Position numbers and translations under genes: made by a program
Shown here: positions 52,261 to 63,259 of the stretch, one piece after another
Position numbering within the stretch: position 1 is the first letter of the stretch
Layout: each line of letters begins with the position of its first letter
DNA from: an uncultured Alphaproteobacteria bacterium
Lineage (GTDB): Bacteria > Pseudomonadota > Alphaproteobacteria > HIMB59 > GCA-002718135
Assembly: GCA_902541215.1 (NCBI GenBank)
Contig: CACBPV010000003.1
Span: forward strand, 28,784-92,783
Length of the DNA: 64,000 nt
Reading direction: 5' to 3'
Notes under the pieces: generated by a model
Told to the model about the DNA's origin: nothing
What the model saw: only the letters and a program-made list of their open reading frames with translations
The model's database searches: none

Positions 52261-53682
52261 TCAACTGATAGTTTTAAACGCTGATAGTGCTCTATTTCTT
52301 GTTTCTTTTAAATCTACAATTGGTGCTGGATATGAAGTGCCAATCTTAAAATTATATTTCTTTTGATCCTCCATAGACATCTCCCAAGGATTATGAATAT
52401 ATTTTTTTGGAATATTATTCAACTCAGGAACAAATTCTTTTACATAATCACCATCTGGATCAAATTTTTGACCCTGCAATATTGGATTAAAAATTCTAAA
52501 ATATGGACTTGCATCAGCACCACAACCAGAGATCCATTGCCAACCTGCAGAATTAGACCCAACGTCAGCATCAACTAAAGTATCAAAAAACCACTCTTCT
52601 CCATTTTTCCAGTGTAACAATAAATTTTTTGTTAGAAACGAGCCTACAATCATTCTTACTCTATTATGCATCCAGCCTGTTTTATATAGTTGTCTCATTC
52701 CAGCATCAACAATTGGAATACCAGTTTTACCATTATGCCATAATGATAAATTTTTAGCATTTTTAATCCATGGAAATTTATTAAATTTACTTTGTATAGG
52801 TTTATGAGTCATATCTGGATAGTGAAATAAAAGATTATAAGAAAAATCTCTCCAGCCAAGCTCAGCAAGAAATTTTTTTTTATTTTCTGGATCAATTTTT
52901 TTTTCAATATTTACGGTATAATAAACTTCTAAAGCAGATATTTCTCCAAAATGAAGATAAGGTGATAATTTTGAAGTTAAATCTTTATCAGGTCTATCTC
53001 TTCCAACTGAATAGTTATTTGCTTTTTGCGAAATATATTTTTTTAATTGTAATTTTGCATTACTTTCACCAGGTATCCAATATTTTTCAATTTTCTTGAT
53101 CCATTGCTCTTTTTTGTTAGTTAGATTTAAATCTTGTATAGTTATTTCATTTTTAAATTTTGAATTGGCGTAGCTTATTTTTGTATTTTTAAATTTAATA
53201 TCTTTTAGTTTTAGTAGTTCATCGCAATATCGCCAGTAAGGAGTAAATACTTTAAAAAAGGTTCCACTTTTATTTTTAATATTCCAAGGTTCATTTAAAA
53301 GATATCCATTGTGCGAGTCGCATTCTATTTTAGATGAAGTAACTATAGATTTAATTTTAGTATCTCTTTTAATTGAATATGGATCATATAGTCTATTCCA
53401 GGATACATATTTAACATTTGAATTCTTTAGTATTGAAGATATAATTTTCTCTGGATCACCAGCAAATATATTTAGTTTGCCATTATGTTTTTGTATTGAG
53501 TCATATAAACTAATTAAGGATTTTTCTAACCACCATTTGGATGTGGACCCAATTCTTTGATTTAAATCTAAAATATAAATTGGAATTATCTGATCAACTT
53601 TTTTTGAAAGTGATAATAAAGATGGATTTTCTCGTAATCGCAAATCTTGTCTAAACCAATGAATTCCATAAGTGGCTACCAT
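52261..53682 (-). CDS. phrB: Deoxyribodipyrimidine photolyase (class I CPD)
   Basis: WFRQDLR, SKLSPYLHFG, GWMHNRVRM, PYFRIFNP. Confidence 0.95.
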   Translation of the reverse strand: MVATYGIHWFRQDLRLRENPSLLSLSKKVDQIIPIYILDLNQRIGSTSKWWLEKSLISLYDSIQKHNGKLNIFAGDPEKIISSILKNSNVKYVSWNRLYDPYSIKRDTKIKSIVTSSKIECDSHNGYLLNEPWNIKNKSGTFFKVFTPYWRYCDELLKLKDIKFKNTKISYANSKFKNEITIQDLNLTNKKEQWIKKIEKYWIPGESNAKLQLKKYISQKANNYSVGRDRPDKDLTSKLSPYLHFGEISALEVYYTVNIEKKIDPENKKKFLAELGWRDFSYNLLFHYPDMTHKPIQSKFNKFPWIKNAKNLSLWHNGKTGIPIVDAGMRQLYKTGWMHNRVRMIVGSFLTKNLLLHWKNGEEWFFDTLVDADVGSNSAGWQWISGCGADASPYFRIFNPILQGQKFDPDGDYVKEFVPELNNIPKKYIHNPWEMSMEDQKKYNFKIGTSYPAPIVDLKETRNRALSAFKTIS

Positions 53683-53728
53683 GAGTTTAAATTATGTTAA
53701 TTTGGGATAAATTAAAGAGGTAAATCTA

Positions 53729-53923
53729 TTATTTACTATGAGGAGGCATTTTTTTCTCTACGAACCAAACGTGTTTTTTTAACACAGGATCATATTTTTT
53801 CATTCGAAGCTTTTCAGCAACTTTCAATCCTTTTGTCGGTTTTCTTACAATATACTTAGTTCCTGTTTTTGGATTTTCTTCAGGTACTAGTTGTTTAAGA
53901 GCGAATGAAGTTTTTTTTGCCAT
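53729..53923 (-). CDS. rpmG: 50S ribosomal protein L33 (divergent, zinc-free)
   Basis: TGTKY...KLRMKKYDPVLKKHVWFVEKK. Confidence 0.9.
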   Translation of the reverse strand: MAKKTSFALKQLVPEENPKTGTKYIVRKPTKGLKVAEKLRMKKYDPVLKKHVWFVEKKMPPHSK

Positions 53924-53964
53924 GAAGTGTCTATACAGAATAATTATATGAAATAAAGTATTAT

Positions 53965-54900
53965 TTATTCATAATCAGAAATTGACTGCTTAATAAAACG
54001 GTTAAAATTTCCTCTTTTTTTATCAAGTTTAATTTGTTTATTTCTTTCAAGTAAGTTTTTTTTCTTTTCTTCAGATGTTTTATCAAAACAATTATGACAA
54101 GATACACCTGGTTTATAATATTTATTATAAGTATCTTTAAAACTAATGGGTAACCGACAAGCATGACAAAGTTTGTAAGTTCCATCTTTTAATTCATTTT
54201 TCAAAGATACTCTTCCATCAAATACGAAACATTCACCATTCCACATTGAATCTTTTTTTGGAGTTTTTTCTAAATACTTTAGTATACCTCCGTCTAACTG
54301 AGCAACATTTTTAAAACCCTTCATCATCATATATGATGAAGCCTTTTCACACCTGATACCTCCAGTGCAAAACATTGCAATTTTTTTTTCTTTTGACTTA
54401 TTTAGTTTTTTTTGAACAAAAGATTTAAAGTCAGTGAAACTTTTAGTTTTTGGATTAATTGCCCCTTCAAAAGATCCTATTTTAACCTCAAATTCATTTC
54501 TTACATCAATCACAATAGTGTCTTTGTCTTTAATTAGTTGATTCCATTCATTGTATTTAACTTTTTTTCCAGATATTTTTGTAGGATCAGCAAATTTGGT
54601 TCTGAGTGTGACTATTTCATTTTTATTTCTAATTTTTAGTTTTTGAAAAGGCATATATTTATATTTTGATCGTTTAAGATTAAGTTTCTCAAAACTAAAA
54701 TTTTCAAGATATAGAATGAAAGAATTTATGTTTTTATCTAATCCAGCTATTGTTCCATTAATGCCTTCATCAGCAATCAATATTGTACCTTTTATTTTAT
54801 TAAATTTGCAAAAATCTTTAAGTTTAGTGATGATATCATTTTTATCTTTAATTATTTTGAATTGATAAAAAGTAATTATAGTAAAGTACTTGTTGTTCAT
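53965..54900 (-). CDS. trhO: Rhodanese-domain tRNA uridine(34) hydroxylase TrhO (UPF0176)
   Basis: EGINGT, DVRNEFE, FCTGGIRCEKA, GECFVFD. Confidence 0.9.
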   Translation of the reverse strand: MNNKYFTIITFYQFKIIKDKNDIITKLKDFCKFNKIKGTILIADEGINGTIAGLDKNINSFILYLENFSFEKLNLKRSKYKYMPFQKLKIRNKNEIVTLRTKFADPTKISGKKVKYNEWNQLIKDKDTIVIDVRNEFEVKIGSFEGAINPKTKSFTDFKSFVQKKLNKSKEKKIAMFCTGGIRCEKASSYMMMKGFKNVAQLDGGILKYLEKTPKKDSMWNGECFVFDGRVSLKNELKDGTYKLCHACRLPISFKDTYNKYYKPGVSCHNCFDKTSEEKKKNLLERNKQIKLDKKRGNFNRFIKQSISDYE

Positions 54901-54933
54901 TTATCTAATTAATATAAAAAACTTTAAAAATTT

Positions 54934-55827
54934 ATGTCTAAAGAAACCATTAATATTGTTAAAAATTTTCTCAATAGTTATTCTATAGAAACAACTCCAA
55001 ATGTTTACGAAAAATATGGGGGCTTTTCTGAATTTCTTAATAAAAATCATGACGTTTATATAACTTATTTACCAGATGAAAATTCAAAAAATGTTATTAG
55101 AACGGCAAAAAAATTAAAATTAGAAGGTTATGATGTTATACCTCATTTGCCTGCGAGAACTATTGTAAATAAAAATGACTTAGAAAAATATATTGGTGAA
55201 CTTGCAAATGAATCTGGGTGTTCAAAAATTTTAATTATTGGTGGTGGTGGAAATCAAGCTGGCGAAATCTCTTCCTCAATTGATGTTTTAAAAACAGATT
55301 TTCTTTCAAAATATAATTATCAATTTGTAGGTGTGGCTGGACATCCCGAAGGAAGCCCAGATATTTCAAATGAAAATTTGGATTTAGCAATTAAACAGAA
55401 GAATGATTTTGCAAAAAATGTTGATTTTAAAATGTATTTAGCAACACAATTTTTTTTTGAAGCTAAATCTTTAATCGACTGGGAAAAACACTTAGTAAAA
55501 ATTGGAAATAAATTACCAATCCACGCTGGGATACCAGGTCCTGCCTCTATTAAAACATTAGTAAATTATGCAAGGTCTTGCGGTATTGGAAATTCTTTAA
55601 GATTTATTACAAAACAGGCTTTTAACTTAACTAAACTTGCAACATTGAGCACTCCTGATAAATTAATTTATGATCTTGCTGAACATAGCGAAATAAACAA
55701 AGACTCTAAACTTGAAAAAATACACTTCTATGCGTTTGGCGGTATGAAAAAAACATCAGAGTGGTTAAATCAATTTAATAACTCAGATTTTTCTTATAAT
55801 AATAAACAGAAATTCGAATTAAATTAG
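54934..55827 (+). CDS. metF: Methylenetetrahydrofolate reductase family protein
   Basis: SIETTP, PHLPAR, VAGHPEG, ATQFFF, HFYAFGG. Confidence 0.88.
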   Translation: MSKETINIVKNFLNSYSIETTPNVYEKYGGFSEFLNKNHDVYITYLPDENSKNVIRTAKKLKLEGYDVIPHLPARTIVNKNDLEKYIGELANESGCSKILIIGGGGNQAGEISSSIDVLKTDFLSKYNYQFVGVAGHPEGSPDISNENLDLAIKQKNDFAKNVDFKMYLATQFFFEAKSLIDWEKHLVKIGNKLPIHAGIPGPASIKTLVNYARSCGIGNSLRFITKQAFNLTKLATLSTPDKLIYDLAEHSEINKDSKLEKIHFYAFGGMKKTSEWLNQFNNSDFSYNNKQKFELN

Positions 55828-55920
55828 CTTCTTCACAATTTTTTAATCTTTTAATGAAACAAAAGTTGTTTGATATTTAAGTTAATTTATAGATTAAGAA
55901 TCTAATAATTAAGGAGTCTC

Positions 55921-57594
55921 ATGTCAGATATTGAAATAGCAAGAAAAGCTAAAATGAAGCCTATTAGTGAAATTCTAAAAGGGCTTGATGTACCAGACAC
56001 ACCTGAAGCCTTCAGTCCTATGGGTCGTCATATAGCAAAAATAAACTTGGAGTACATAGAGTCACTTAATAAAAATAAAGACGGTAAACTTGTTCTAGTC
56101 TCAGCAATAACTCCAACACCAGCAGGAGAAGGTAAAACAACAACTTCTGTTGGATTAAGTGATGGTCTTAATAAACTAGGAAAGAAATCAATAGTTTGTT
56201 TAAGAGAGCCGAGTCTTGGTCCATCATTCGGTATGAAAGGTGGTGCAGCTGGTGGAGGCTATGCTCAAGTAGTTCCAATGGAGCAAATTAATTTACATTT
56301 TACTGGAGATTTTCATGCAATTACATCCGCTCATAATTTACTTTCTGCACTGATTGATAATCATATCTACTGGGGAAATAAATTAAATATTGATGTTAGA
56401 AGGGTTGTTTGGAAGAGAGTAATGGATATGAATGATAGATCACTTAGATCTATTGTTGTTGATTTAGGAGGAGTTGCAAATGGATATCCTAGACAAGATG
56501 GTTTTGATATTACTGTTGCATCGGAGATAATGGCAATTTTCTGCTTAGCAAAAGATTTAAAAGATCTTGAAGAGAGAATTGGAAATATAACTATTGCTTA
56601 TACACGAGATAAAAAAGCTATTTATGCAAAAGATTTAAAGGCAGAAGGTCCAATGACAGTATTATTAAAAGAAGCCATTAGGCCCAACATAACACAAACG
56701 TTAGAAAATAATCCTGCTATAATTCATGGTGGGCCATTTGCAAATATTGCTCATGGTTGCAATTCTGTAATTGCAACTAAAGCTAGTTTAAAATTAAGTG
56801 ATTACGTTGTAACTGAAGCAGGCTTTGGAGCTGATCTAGGAGCAGAAAAATTCCTTGATATAAAATGTAGAAAATCAAATTTAAAACCTGATTGTGTGGT
56901 TTTGGTAGCTACAATTAGAGCACTAAAAATGCATGGCGATGTTTCAAAAGAAGATTTAAAAAATGAAAATGTAAATGCTCTTAAAAAAGGTTTAGTAAAT
57001 CTAGAAAGACATATCAATAATATTAGAAAATTTGGATTACCAGTAACTGTTGCTATTAATCATTTTGTCACTGATTCTAAAGCTGAAGTTGATGCCGTTC
57101 TAAGTTTTTGTAAAACTCAAGGAGTCAAGGCTTCTATGTGTACTCACTGGTCCAATGGTGGTGATGGTGCAACTGAATTAGCTCAAAATGTAATAGATAT
57201 TTGTGAAGATAATAAGAATACATTTAAATTTTTATATGAAGATGATTTAACTCTATTCAAAAAAATAGAAAAAATTGCACAAGAGATTTATCACGCAAGT
57301 GAAGTTGTGGCAGACACGAAAGTACGTCAACAATTGAAGGATTTTGAAACTAAAGGATTTGGCAAATTACCTGTTTGCATTGCAAAGACTCAATATAGTT
57401 TTTCAACTGACCCTAATTTAAAAGGTGCCCCTACTGGCCACGTTTTACCTATTAGAGAGGTAAGATTGTCATCAGGAGCAGAATTTATAGTAGTTGTTTG
57501 CGGTGATATTATGACCATGCCGGGTCTACCAAGTGTTCCTGCGGCAAATTCGATAAAGCTAAATGATCATGGAGAAATTGAAGGTCTTTTTTAA
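55921..57594 (+). CDS. fhs: Formate--tetrahydrofolate ligase
   Basis: [35 protein letters not shown]; SD AAGGAG. Confidence 0.98.
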   Translation: MSDIEIARKAKMKPISEILKGLDVPDTPEAFSPMGRHIAKINLEYIESLNKNKDGKLVLVSAITPTPAGEGKTTTSVGLSDGLNKLGKKSIVCLREPSLGPSFGMKGGAAGGGYAQVVPMEQINLHFTGDFHAITSAHNLLSALIDNHIYWGNKLNIDVRRVVWKRVMDMNDRSLRSIVVDLGGVANGYPRQDGFDITVASEIMAIFCLAKDLKDLEERIGNITIAYTRDKKAIYAKDLKAEGPMTVLLKEAIRPNITQTLENNPAIIHGGPFANIAHGCNSVIATKASLKLSDYVVTEAGFGADLGAEKFLDIKCRKSNLKPDCVVLVATIRALKMHGDVSKEDLKNENVNALKKGLVNLERHINNIRKFGLPVTVAINHFVTDSKAEVDAVLSFCKTQGVKASMCTHWSNGGDGATELAQNVIDICEDNKNTFKFLYEDDLTLFKKIEKIAQEIYHASEVVADTKVRQQLKDFETKGFGKLPVCIAKTQYSFSTDPNLKGAPTGHVLPIREVRLSSGAEFIVVVCGDIMTMPGLPSVPAANSIKLNDHGEIEGLF

Positions 57595-57614
57595 AACTGC
57601 TATAAAGAGTTATA

Positions 57615-58874
57615 ATGTTTAATAAAAATAAATACTCATTTCTATCTATTGCTAGAAATGCTTTAAATCATCATGAGAATTGGCAAAAGACGTGGAATAG
57701 TCCTGAGCCAAAAAAAAATTATGATGCAATAATTGTAGGTGGTGGTGGACACGGTTTAACTACTGCTTACTATTTAGCAAAAAACCATGGAATTAATAAT
57801 ATTGCAGTAATTGAAAAAGGTTGGATAGGCGGTGGGAATACAGGGCGAAATACCACTATAATTAGATCAAACTATTTATGGGATCAAAGTGCGGCTTTAT
57901 ACGAGCATGCATTAAAACTTTGGGAAGGTATGTCTCAAGAATTAAATTACAACGTAATGTTTTCTCAAAGAGGGGTTTTGAATGTTGCTCATAATCTTCA
58001 TGATGTAAGAGAATTAAAAAGACGGTGGCATGCAAACAGACTTAATGATATCGATTGTGAATGGCTTGATACAAAGAAAGTTAAAGAATTTTGTCCAATA
58101 ATAAATACTTCACCAAACATTAGATATCCTGTTTTAGGAGCAACTCTGCAAAGAAGAGCAGGAACTGCAAGACATGATGCTGTTGCATGGGGTTATGCAA
58201 GAGGGGCTGATGAAATGGGAGTTGATATAATTCAAAATTGTGAAGTAACTGGTATTAATGTAAAAAATGGAAATGTAACTGGTATTGAAACAACAAAAGG
58301 AACCATTAATTCAAATAAAATTGGAATAGCTGCTGCTGGGCATACCAGTGTTATTGCCAATATGGCGGGTATCAAATTACCTTTAGAGAGTAAACCATTA
58401 CAAGCACTAGTTTCAGAGCCAGTAAAACCAGTCATTGATACTGTAGTAATGTCAAATACAATTCATGCGTATGTATCTCAGTCAGATAAAGGAGAACTAG
58501 TTATTGGTGCTGGAACAGACGGATACACTTCATATACTCAAAGAGGTGGCTTTAACATTGTTGAAGATACATTAATGGCAATAGTTGAATTGTTTCCAAT
58601 ATTTTCTAGAATGAAAATGCTTCGTCATTGGGGAGGAATTGTAGATATTTGTCCTGATGCAAGCCCCATTATCAGTAAAACTCACATAAACGGATTATAC
58701 TTTAATTGTGGTTGGGGAACTGGTGGATTTAAAGCAACACCAGGTTCAGGTTGGGTATTTGCTCACACTATAGCTAATGATCAAGCACATGAATTAAATG
58801 CTCCTTTTACAATAAATAGATTTTCTAGTGGTGAATTAGTTGATGAACATGGTGCAGCTGCCGTAGCACATTAA
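57615..58874 (+). CDS. soxB: Heterotetrameric sarcosine oxidase beta subunit
   Basis: [40 protein letters not shown]. Confidence 0.94.
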   Translation: MFNKNKYSFLSIARNALNHHENWQKTWNSPEPKKNYDAIIVGGGGHGLTTAYYLAKNHGINNIAVIEKGWIGGGNTGRNTTIIRSNYLWDQSAALYEHALKLWEGMSQELNYNVMFSQRGVLNVAHNLHDVRELKRRWHANRLNDIDCEWLDTKKVKEFCPIINTSPNIRYPVLGATLQRRAGTARHDAVAWGYARGADEMGVDIIQNCEVTGINVKNGNVTGIETTKGTINSNKIGIAAAGHTSVIANMAGIKLPLESKPLQALVSEPVKPVIDTVVMSNTIHAYVSQSDKGELVIGAGTDGYTSYTQRGGFNIVEDTLMAIVELFPIFSRMKMLRHWGGIVDICPDASPIISKTHINGLYFNCGWGTGGFKATPGSGWVFAHTIANDQAHELNAPFTINRFSSGELVDEHGAAAVAH

Positions 58875-58877
58875 ATC

Positions 58878-59234
58878 ATGTTTTTAATAAATTGCCCATA
58901 CTGTGGAGAAAGAGATCAAGCTGAATTTTCTTGTGGAGGTGAAGCGCATATTGCAAGACCAAAAAATCCTCCTGAACTCTCTGATGATCAATGGGCAGAA
59001 TATTTATTCTTGCGAAAGAACGAAAAAGGTATTCATTATGAAAGATGGAACCATGAATATGGATGCAGACAATGGTTTAATTTAGCAAGAAATACAGCAA
59101 CCGATGAAATTCTAGCAGTATATAAGATGGGAGAAGCTCCTCCCATATTAAAAGCAAATATTCCAGCTACTCCTTCAGGTGAGCCAAGTATTGGATCAGG
59201 GAATTTATCAACATCGAAAAAAGATAGGTTTTAA
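58878..59234 (+). CDS. soxD: Sarcosine oxidase delta subunit
   Basis: CPYCG...HEYGCRQWF zinc ligands. Confidence 0.93.
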   Translation: MFLINCPYCGERDQAEFSCGGEAHIARPKNPPELSDDQWAEYLFLRKNEKGIHYERWNHEYGCRQWFNLARNTATDEILAVYKMGEAPPILKANIPATPSGEPSIGSGNLSTSKKDRF

Positions 59235-59242
59235 AAATAGAG

Positions 59243-62233
59243 ATGCGATACAAAAATAATAAAAATCTCGAAAATAATAAGTCTGTTAGGTTCTATTTTG
59301 ATAATAAAGAATATTTTGGATTTGAAGGTGACACCCTAGCTTCTGCACTTCTTGCAAATGATGTTCACTTAGTTGGAAGAAGTTTTAAATATCATCGACC
59401 GCGGGGTATTTATACCGCAGGTAGTGAAGAACCTAATGGAATAGTTCAGCTTGAGACCAAAGAATATACCGAACCTAATAGAAGAGTAACTGAAGTCCAG
59501 ATATATGAGGGTTTAAAAGCTTTTAGTCAAAATAATTGGCCGTCAGTGAAATTTGATGCAGGCGCTATAAATGATTTACTATCACCATTTTTTCCTGCAG
59601 GATTCTATTACAAGACCTTTATGTGGCCACCAAAGTTTTGGAAGGTATATGAGTTTTTTATAAGACATGCTGCAGGACTTGGTAAATCTCCAAAAAAAGA
59701 TGATCCCCACAAATACGAACATTTTCATTATCATTGTGATGTTCTAGTTGTTGGAGCAGGAGTTAGCGGATTAATTTCAGCAGAAATTGCAGCGAATAAT
59801 AATTATAAAGTATTACTTATTGAGCAAGAAGATGATCTAGGAGGTGAAATTTTATCTACAAGAAATCAAGATATTAAAATAGATAAATTGCCAATTAATG
59901 AATGGAAAAATAAAATTGTTGATAAACTTTCTAAAAATTCAAATATAAAAATAGTAAAAAATACAACATGTTTTGCTTATTTAAATTATAATTTATTATT
60001 AGCTGTCCAAGAAATTGATCCAGAAAAAGGATTATATAAAAAAAACGATATTAAAGAAAGAATTTGGAAAATTAGATCAAAGAAAGTTATTTTAGCGACA
60101 GGCACAATAGAAAGACCAATAATTTTTAACAATAATGATAGGCCCGGTATTATGCTTTCTAACAGTGCGAAAAAATACTTAAATAAGTATGGAGTTGCAC
60201 CTGGAAAAAATTTAGTTTTTTTTACAAACAATGATAGTGCCTATGAAACTGCAATAGATTTTTTTGAACAAGGTATAAAAGTAGAGGCTATTGTCGATAC
60301 AAGAGATGGTAGTGATGGATATTACCCTAAAAAAGCAAATAAATTAGGAATTACTATACTAAAAGGTTATGAAATTAGTGATACTGTTGGAAGATTAAAA
60401 ATTAGAGAAGTTAAATTAAGAAAAATAAAAACTGAAAACAATAATGAAAAATCTTCTATTAATATTAAATGCGATCTTTTAGCAATTGCTGGTGGTTGGA
60501 CTCCTACTGTTCATTTATTTACTCAATCAAAAGGAAAACTCAAATATAGAAATGTAGATGGAAGTTTTATTCCTAATGAAGTTTATCAAGATACATTGTG
60601 TGTTGGCAGTTGCAATGGTGACTATAATTTAAATGAAATATTAATAAAAACTGAAGAAGATACATATAAATATTTAAATGATAATCAGCAAAATGAACTT
60701 GGTGAAGTAAATTACAAATCAGATAATGTGAAGCATGGCAAACACGAAAATGTTTGGATTACATCAAAGAACAGTATTTCAAGAACTAAAATGTTTGTAG
60801 ATTTTCAAAACGACGTAACAGCAAAAGATATTAAACTAGCTTTAAAAGAGGGTTTTCAATCTATTGAACATGTCAAACGATACACAACTACAGGAATGGC
60901 AACTGATCAAGGCAAGACCAGTAATGTTAATGCACTTGGAATAATATCAGAATTAACAAATACTAAAATCTCTGAATTAGGTACAACAACATTTCGTTTT
61001 CCCTATAAACCAGTAACATTTGGAGCTATTGCTGGGCGTCATGTTAAAGAATTTTTTGATTTAGAGAGAACAAGCCCAATGCATCAATGGCATATTGATA
61101 ATAAAGCTTTATTTGAGGACGTAGGCCAATGGAAAAGAGCCTGGTATTATCCTCAAAAGAATGAAAGTTTTCAATCTGCTTTAAATAGAGAGGTAAAAGC
61201 AACTAGAGATAGTCTAGGAATATTAGATGCATCAACTCTTGGTAAAATAGATATTAAGGGTAGAGATGTAAGTGAATTTTTAAATAGAGTTTACACAAAT
61301 TCATGGTCAAAATTAGAAATTGGAAAATGTCGATATGGTGTAATGTTAGGTGACGATGGAATGGTTATTGATGATGGTGTAACAACTAGATTAGATGAGT
61401 ATCACTATCTTATGTCAACAACTACAGGAAATGCGGCATCAGTAATGTCAAAGTTAGAAGATTGGTTGCAAACAGAATGGCCAGAGTTAGAAGTATATTT
61501 AACATCCGTAACAGAAAATTATGGAACGATAAGCTTAAATGGCCCAAATTCAAAAAAATTAATCCAAAAACTAGTTCCAGATTTTGATTTTTCAAAAGAA
61601 AATTTTCCTCATATGAGTTTTAAGAATATTAATATTAACGGAATAAAATGTAGAGTCATGCGTATAAGTTTTACTGGGGAAATGTGTTATGAAATAAATG
61701 TACCATCTGGCTATGCTAAAAATCTTTGGGAACTTTGTATAGATAAAGGTAAGGAATTTAATATTACGCCATATGGTACTGAAGCTATGCATGTACTTCG
61801 TGCTGAAAAAGGATTTATTATTGTTGGTCAAGAAACAGATGGATCAGTGACACCAGTAGATCTGGATATGGACTGGATTGTTAGTAAAAAGAAATATGAT
61901 TTTATTGGTAAAAGGGCATTATATAGAAGTGATACTATTAAAAAAGATAGGAAACAATTAGTTGGATTAAGAACTAAAGATCCAAATAAGGTTCTTGAAG
62001 AAGGATCTCAATTGGTTGAAGAAATAACTGCCCTACCTATGAAAATGGTTGGTCACGTGACCTCTAGTTACTATTCACCTAATTTAAAAAGCTCTTTTGC
62101 TTTAGCTTTAATCAAAGGTGGTCTTGAAAAAAAAGGAAGTGTTTTAATTGCTCCAATGGAAAATGAAAATATTGAAGTAGAAATAACTAGTCCAATATTT
62201 ATTGATCCTGAGAATAAAAGAGTTAATCAATGA
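59243..62233 (+). CDS. soxA: Sarcosine oxidase alpha subunit
   Basis: GDTLASALLAN, RSFKYHRPRG, EHVKRYTT, C-terminal GcvT-like domain. Confidence 0.95.
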   Translation: MRYKNNKNLENNKSVRFYFDNKEYFGFEGDTLASALLANDVHLVGRSFKYHRPRGIYTAGSEEPNGIVQLETKEYTEPNRRVTEVQIYEGLKAFSQNNWPSVKFDAGAINDLLSPFFPAGFYYKTFMWPPKFWKVYEFFIRHAAGLGKSPKKDDPHKYEHFHYHCDVLVVGAGVSGLISAEIAANNNYKVLLIEQEDDLGGEILSTRNQDIKIDKLPINEWKNKIVDKLSKNSNIKIVKNTTCFAYLNYNLLLAVQEIDPEKGLYKKNDIKERIWKIRSKKVILATGTIERPIIFNNNDRPGIMLSNSAKKYLNKYGVAPGKNLVFFTNNDSAYETAIDFFEQGIKVEAIVDTRDGSDGYYPKKANKLGITILKGYEISDTVGRLKIREVKLRKIKTENNNEKSSINIKCDLLAIAGGWTPTVHLFTQSKGKLKYRNVDGSFIPNEVYQDTLCVGSCNGDYNLNEILIKTEEDTYKYLNDNQQNELGEVNYKSDNVKHGKHENVWITSKNSISRTKMFVDFQNDVTAKDIKLALKEGFQSIEHVKRYTTTGMATDQGKTSNVNALGIISELTNTKISELGTTTFRFPYKPVTFGAIAGRHVKEFFDLERTSPMHQWHIDNKALFEDVGQWKRAWYYPQKNESFQSALNREVKATRDSLGILDASTLGKIDIKGRDVSEFLNRVYTNSWSKLEIGKCRYGVMLGDDGMVIDDGVTTRLDEYHYLMSTTTGNAASVMSKLEDWLQTEWPELEVYLTSVTENYGTISLNGPNSKKLIQKLVPDFDFSKENFPHMSFKNININGIKCRVMRISFTGEMCYEINVPSGYAKNLWELCIDKGKEFNITPYGTEAMHVLRAEKGFIIVGQETDGSVTPVDLDMDWIVSKKKYDFIGKRALYRSDTIKKDRKQLVGLRTKDPNKVLEEGSQLVEEITALPMKMVGHVTSSYYSPNLKSSFALALIKGGLEKKGSVLIAPMENENIEVEITSPIFIDPENKRVNQ

Positions 62234-62805
62234 ATTTAACTTACAGTAATGTTTTGAATATAAATAAAAAAAATTACAATGGAGTAACAATAGAAGAAAA
62301 AGCTCTATCAGGTAAAATAAATATACGAGGTAAAAGTTCAGATAAAGAATTTATGAAAAATATAGGCTCAGTATTAAACCTGGTTTTACCAATTGAGCCA
62401 AATGTAAGAATTTTTAACAATAATATTAGTATTATGTGGCTTGGTCCTAATGAATGGTTAGTCGAAACACCAGAAAATGAGAAAGATGAAATTATTTCTC
62501 TATTTGAATCTAAACTTAATCCAGAAAAAACAGCAATAACTGATGTTTCATTTAATAAAACTGTTTTACGACTTGAAGGGGAAAAGGTATTTATTTTACT
62601 TTCTAAATTTCTTGTTGCGAACTTAGAAAAAATTTTGGAAAATAATTTTTCTGTAGCTCAAACTATATTTATAAAAATTCCAATACTTTTTATTAGAAAT
62701 AATACTGATAAAGAAGAAACTTCACTAGATTTACATTTAAACAGATCACATGCAAAATATGTATATGATTTATTAGTTGATGGTAGTAAAAATCTTAATA
62801 TTTAA
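62230..62805 (+). CDS. soxG: Sarcosine oxidase gamma subunit
   Basis: KINIRG, WLGPNEWL, TDVS; follows soxA. Confidence 0.9.
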   Translation: MNLTYSNVLNINKKNYNGVTIEEKALSGKINIRGKSSDKEFMKNIGSVLNLVLPIEPNVRIFNNNISIMWLGPNEWLVETPENEKDEIISLFESKLNPEKTAITDVSFNKTVLRLEGEKVFILLSKFLVANLEKILENNFSVAQTIFIKIPILFIRNNTDKEETSLDLHLNRSHAKYVYDLLVDGSKNLNI

Positions 62806-63259
62806 TTTATTTTTTATTTTAATTTCATTAAGCACAGTATCAACTGGCAAAACTATATTTGGAAAAGCAAAAGTAATTGATGGTGATACTATACATATTA
62901 ATAAAAATAAAATAAGACTGCACGCTATTGATGCCCCTGAGACAAATCAAACATGTAATAAAAATAGTAAAGTCTGGAATTGTGGTTTGGAATCAACAAA
63001 GTTCTTAAAAGAATTAATTGGGAATAATAAAATTGAATGCATCACAAAAGGTAAGGATCGATATAATAGATTTATTGGAATCTGCTATAAAGATAATTTA
63101 GATTTAAATAGTGCAATGGTTCTGAATGGATGGGCTATAGCTTATCGTTATTATTCAAAAGATTATATTGAAGAAGAAGAAGAAGCAAAACGAGATAAAA
63201 AGGGTATATGGATTGGAGATTTTGAAGAACCTTATTTATTCAGAAAGAAAAATAAATAA
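62780..63259 (+). CDS. Thermonuclease (SNase-like) family secreted nuclease
   Basis: Signal peptide, VIDGDTI, IRLHAIDAPE, DRYNR, GIW. Confidence 0.9.
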   Translation: MVVKILIFNLFFILISLSTVSTGKTIFGKAKVIDGDTIHINKNKIRLHAIDAPETNQTCNKNSKVWNCGLESTKFLKELIGNNKIECITKGKDRYNRFIGICYKDNLDLNSAMVLNGWAIAYRYYSKDYIEEEEEAKRDKKGIWIGDFEEPYLFRKKNK

